Shown here: one piece after another, positions 60,301-64,000 of the stretch
How the letters are laid out: the number at the start of each line of letters is the position of its first letter
Position numbering within the stretch: the stretch's first letter is position 1
NCBI GenBank assembly: GCA_030770535.1
Contig: JASVEC010000019.1
Coordinates: forward strand, 558,001 to 622,000
From: Batkoa obscura
Lineage: Eukaryota
Length of the DNA: 64,000 nt
Direction of reading: 5' to 3'
Notes under the pieces: generated by a model
Database searches by the model: none
Told to the model about the DNA's origin: nothing
What the model saw: only the letters and a program-made list of their open reading frames with translations
Translations under genes and position numbers: made by a program

Positions 60301-61624
60301 TTAAATTAAATCCGGTTTGTCAATATCAATTATCTAATCAAAAGTTAAAATTTTATGGCAATGGACCATTTAAATTAGGTTATAAATTTAAAAATGGAAA
60401 ATATCAAGATTATTCTGATAAACTTAAAGATAACATATTAAAAGATGAATATTTATTTAATTTAGATACAAATAATGATGGATTAAATGAATATCATTTA
60501 GATAGAATTGGAGACATGAATTACAATGAATTAATTAAATTAGAAAATGGTATAAAAATTGAGCAATTAGTTTATAAAAATCCAAAAGCAAATTTTGTAA
60601 CAAATAAAATAAAACACATTAAAGCATGTAAATCAAGTACAATTAAAGATTTACAACTTAATTTAATCGGTGAAGCTCCGTTTAATATTGAATTAGAATG
60701 GGTAGATCCTAATGGTAATAGTTATCCAGTTGAATTCAAAAATATTCAAACAAAACAATTGAAATTTGAATTGAAATTACCTAATGATTCCATAGGTAAC
60801 TTTAAATTAAATTTAATTAATATACAAGATAAACATCAATGTCAATTTAATAACCCACATATTGAGAGTATTAATATACAAGTATATGATATACCTGCTA
60901 TAAAATATCATTTCCATAAAGATTTATGTGTTGGTGAACAACTACAATTTTCATTAATAGGAGAAGCACCTTTTCAATTTTATTATTCATTAAATGAAAG
61001 GAAATTAGGACCAATCAAATTGGAAGATATTGCATTTTCAAGATTAGCAGATAAAGAAGGAAAATTTAAAGTAGAAAAACTATGTCATATTGATAACATG
61101 TGCTGTAATGAAGAATTGACAGAAATAATAGAAATTCATCAATTACCATCAGCTATTATTCAAAGTCCAAACCAAGTTGAAAAAATTCATCAAGGTAACT
61201 GAATTTATAAATAAAAGTAGGATTGATATTAATAATATATTCTAATTCACTTAGGTGAAGAAGCTAATATCTCAATTAAATTAGAAGGTGGTAAGTAAAA
61301 AGAAGATTATCTTTTTATTTTTCTTTAAAAGTTTTATTAATGAATTTCAATTTGTTATTTTTAGTTGCTCCCTTTTCAATCCGATATACACAACAAGATT
61401 TAAAAACTAATCAAGTAAAATCTGCTTCAACAATTCGAAATATTAATCAAAAAAAGTATGATTTAAAAACAAAAGAAGAAGGTAAATTAAATTTATAATT
61501 TATAACCAAACTTGAAATACAAAGAGTAATTTATTAATTATTTTATTATTATCTTATTTTAGGTATCTTTGAAATTGTTTATGTTGAAGATAGGTATTGT
61601 AGTTATCCACCAATTGGGAAATAA
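57398..61624 (+). CDS. POM152: Nuclear pore membrane glycoprotein Pom152; predicted exons 57398-57961, 58026-58083, 58133-58259, 58319-61194, 61255-61290, 61365-61481, 61563-61624
   Basis: N-terminal TMs, 'HLSGRYTVKILPDSSVKFN...FCL...NGTNP', repeated Ig-like modules (G.AP[FW]...Y; D.YC.G), C-terminal 'EGIFEIVYVEDRYCSYP'. Six short GT-AG introns splice in frame by manual check. Confidence 0.85.
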
Positions 61625-61864
61625 ACTAGACTGAATGAAGAAAAAAGTAAAGAAGATATAAACAAGGGGAAATGGTTTGTTTTTTATAATAAAATTGATT
61701 AGCTTAAAAAATAAATAATAATATATCTTTTAAGTTCTTTTTTAGTTCAAATGATAAGTTGATTTGAGTTTTATAGTTTATTTTGGCTATGAAGCGTCTT
61801 TTATTAGACTAAGTATTTACACTAAAGTCTTAACAAAATTGTAAATTGATAAAGTTTAATATAA

Positions 61865-62017
61865 ATTTGAGGATATTCTATTTTGTTTAAGAAATTTACT
61901 ACCAATTTTCTACTCGTATTTTCACTCATACTTTCACTCATACTTTCACTCATACTTTCACTCATATATCGCTGAAAAATGAGGAAAAGTGATAGTACCA
62001 AAAAAAATCATTTATAT
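61865..62017 (-). mobile_element. Diverged MITE copy with internal 12-bp tandem expansion
   Basis: Consensus halves flank (CTTTCACTCATA)n at 61907-61966. Confidence 0.7.
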
Positions 62018-62264
62018 ATTAACACATTAATATATTAATAAAAAACTTATCGAAATAATCAATAAAAACTTAGTTTTATTTATTACTATATATATCTACT
62101 TTATAATTTGTGAAAAAAACTATTAATTTTGTAAGCTACTTTTAATTATACTCATAACACAACTAATATTTATAGTTCAATCCATAAAATTAGAATTGCT
62201 TATTAAATGAAAATCATTTCCAATAGTTAATTTAGTTGCTCTATACTAACTTTAAACAAACAAC

Positions 62265-62369
62265 AAATAGGGGTGTTTTTTTGGCTTCATTATTTTTTCC
62301 ATTTTTTAAGCGCTATTTAAACAGAAGGTTTGTAGTAAAATTCTTAAATATAAAAATACATCCCCATAT
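62265..62369 (+). mobile_element. MITE family copy
   Basis: Consensus match. Confidence 0.88.
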
Positions 62370-62516
62370 GGTTTATTTGATTTATAGCATAATTACTAAG
62401 CTAAAAAAAGAATGTACAATTAATATAAAGTATTTCATTCAATAACATCAATTCAATTCTAACATTGCATATAAATCAAAAACAAAGTGATCTTGATCAT
62501 TAGAAAAATAACTAAT

Positions 62517-62622
62517 ATATGGCGATGTTCTTTTGTGTTTAAGAATTTTACTGACAATATTTCCACTCAAATAGCGCTTAAAAAATGGAAAAGTAATGAA
62601 ATCAAAAAAAACATCCCCATAT
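62517..62622 (-). mobile_element. MITE family copy
   Basis: Consensus match; ATAT flanks. Confidence 0.9.
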
Positions 62623-63100
62623 GGTAATTTAATTTTATAATAGGGTATACAAAGGGGATTCTCTTTATTTATTTTAAAACAGAGATCAAATAGAGCTTGA
62701 ATCGCATCAAGGAGTTGCTTCAACTTATGATAAATCAGCTGCTAATCTAAATTCGGAAGTTGAGATAAAAATGCATCGTCATTAGCATGAAACGAGCTGT
62801 GTCCTCATGATCCATCTAATATATTAGAACCATAATTAACCTTAAGCTTAGATCGATTAAAATAACGTAAAGTTTGATTTTATGTCAAATGCAACTCGTT
62901 TTTATAACTAACATATAATATTAATGACCAGAAAAGCAAATAGAGTTAACTATTAAAGTGCTACTATTTTACATCTTGTAAAAATAAATAATAATTGTTC
63001 ATCTATAACGTGTCTCGATTTTACTTTATTAATCAAGTTTTAAATTCTCGAAATAGCGCTAAACCCCTGAAATCTTATAAAATTAGTTGGACAAGTTATT

Positions 63101-63202
63101 ATATGGAGATGTTTTTTTAGCTTCGCTTTTTCCATTTTTTAAGCACTATTTGAGTAGAAAGGTTGTTAATAAAATCCTTAAACACAAAACACATCACTAT
63201 AT
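63101..63202 (+). mobile_element. MITE family copy
   Basis: Consensus match; ATAT flanks. Confidence 0.85.
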
Positions 63203-64000
63203 GTAGTAATGGTCGATTAGTGAATCTTTTATAATTTTTGGTGCTATTAACGATGATCTTCATGTTTGTTACAGGAAAGTTTGTTGACTGTATAGCTTTA
63301 AATTTTATAAACAATTTTCAAATTGGTTTCAATAGTAGGATATCAAATAGTTACTATGATTTTTAAATGCTATATAGTTGTATTAAGGTGGATTTTACTT
63401 ATTTTAAGTTTATATATAAATTAAAAAGTTAGATTAAAATCAATGTATATGTATTAAATAAATCCTTTAGATAAAAGTTATAAATGATAGAAGCGCAAAA
63501 AGTAAAAAAATGGAACTATAGTTAATATTGAATTTATTTACATCTAATTTAGGGAAAGTATATTAAAATAAAGGTTTAGTATCGAATATGAGATATTCAG
63601 ATAATAACTATCGATATAGTCAAGTTTTATCAAGATGTGAGCTTGACCAAAGTAATAAAGTAAATCATATACATACTTTGAATAAAGATCCTTTTTTTGA
63701 TTGTTCTTAGGTTTAAAATATTTCTCAGTCACAAATAGTATGATGGTTAAAAGCATAAAGTTGTATACTGGATTCATGAAATTTTGCTTAAAAAATTCAA
63801 TATTAATTTCATTTAAAATAAGATTGATATTACTTATATCTAGTGCAAAAAATAAATCTACTAAAATAAGATCTTCCTTGTCAAAATTATATAAAAATTG
63901 AAAGCTATTTTCAAAACTGATATTAGAAATTGGGTTATAACCTTTAGTAATAAGTTGAGTTAAGTCTAAGCTGTTGTGTATTAGCTCGACTTCTTCATTT

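Noticed and set aside
58398..61202. 934-aa ORF as a stand-alone gene
   Set aside because: Begins at TTG and ends in an intron; it is exon 4 of POM152.
61907..61966. Interstitial telomeric repeat
   Set aside because: The unit derives from MITE internal sequence and is not a TTAGGG-like repeat.
14316..63314. Recurring short ORFs with 'FKRYLS.KIVSKILK' or the reverse frame (e.g. 14316, 24743, 39034, 45317, 46654, 49106, 51810, 56453, 62236, 62448, 63117)
   Set aside because: Translations through MITE copies, not a protein family.

Overview
Very AT-rich eukaryotic DNA with GT-AG introns, a POM152 nucleoporin and an intronless tRNA-Arg(ACG). It is most plausibly an early-diverging fungus; the rhodopsin-like 7TM expansion and animal-style UGTs suggest Entomophthoromycotina/Conidiobolus-like, which is inference only. 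Bases 1-56 kb form an accessory island of intronless surface and secreted genes: six class-A-like 7TM receptors, two decayed cAMP-receptor/Git3-like 7TM paralogs, a kelch/beta-propeller single-pass receptor cluster (2 genes + 1 pseudogene), two ER-type UDP-glycosyltransferases, a GT32 mannosyltransferase, a TVP15-like gene, four identical Gly/Ser-rich secreted proteins around a Pro/Tyr decapeptide-repeat protein, and a 41-aa secreted peptide precursor. The main structure is a run of inverted (palindromic) duplications whose arms contain sharply bounded identical tracts next to clearly diverged paralogous sequence. This suggests arm-to-arm gene conversion producing constant and variable protein halves, though assembly collapse must be excluded. 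About 28 copies of a ~100-bp MITE are present, with GGGGATGT/ACATCCCC ends and a 4-bp AWWT target-site duplication supported by an internal empty-site comparison. There is also a 96-bp perfect hairpin and faint LINE relics. All alignments were done by eye.
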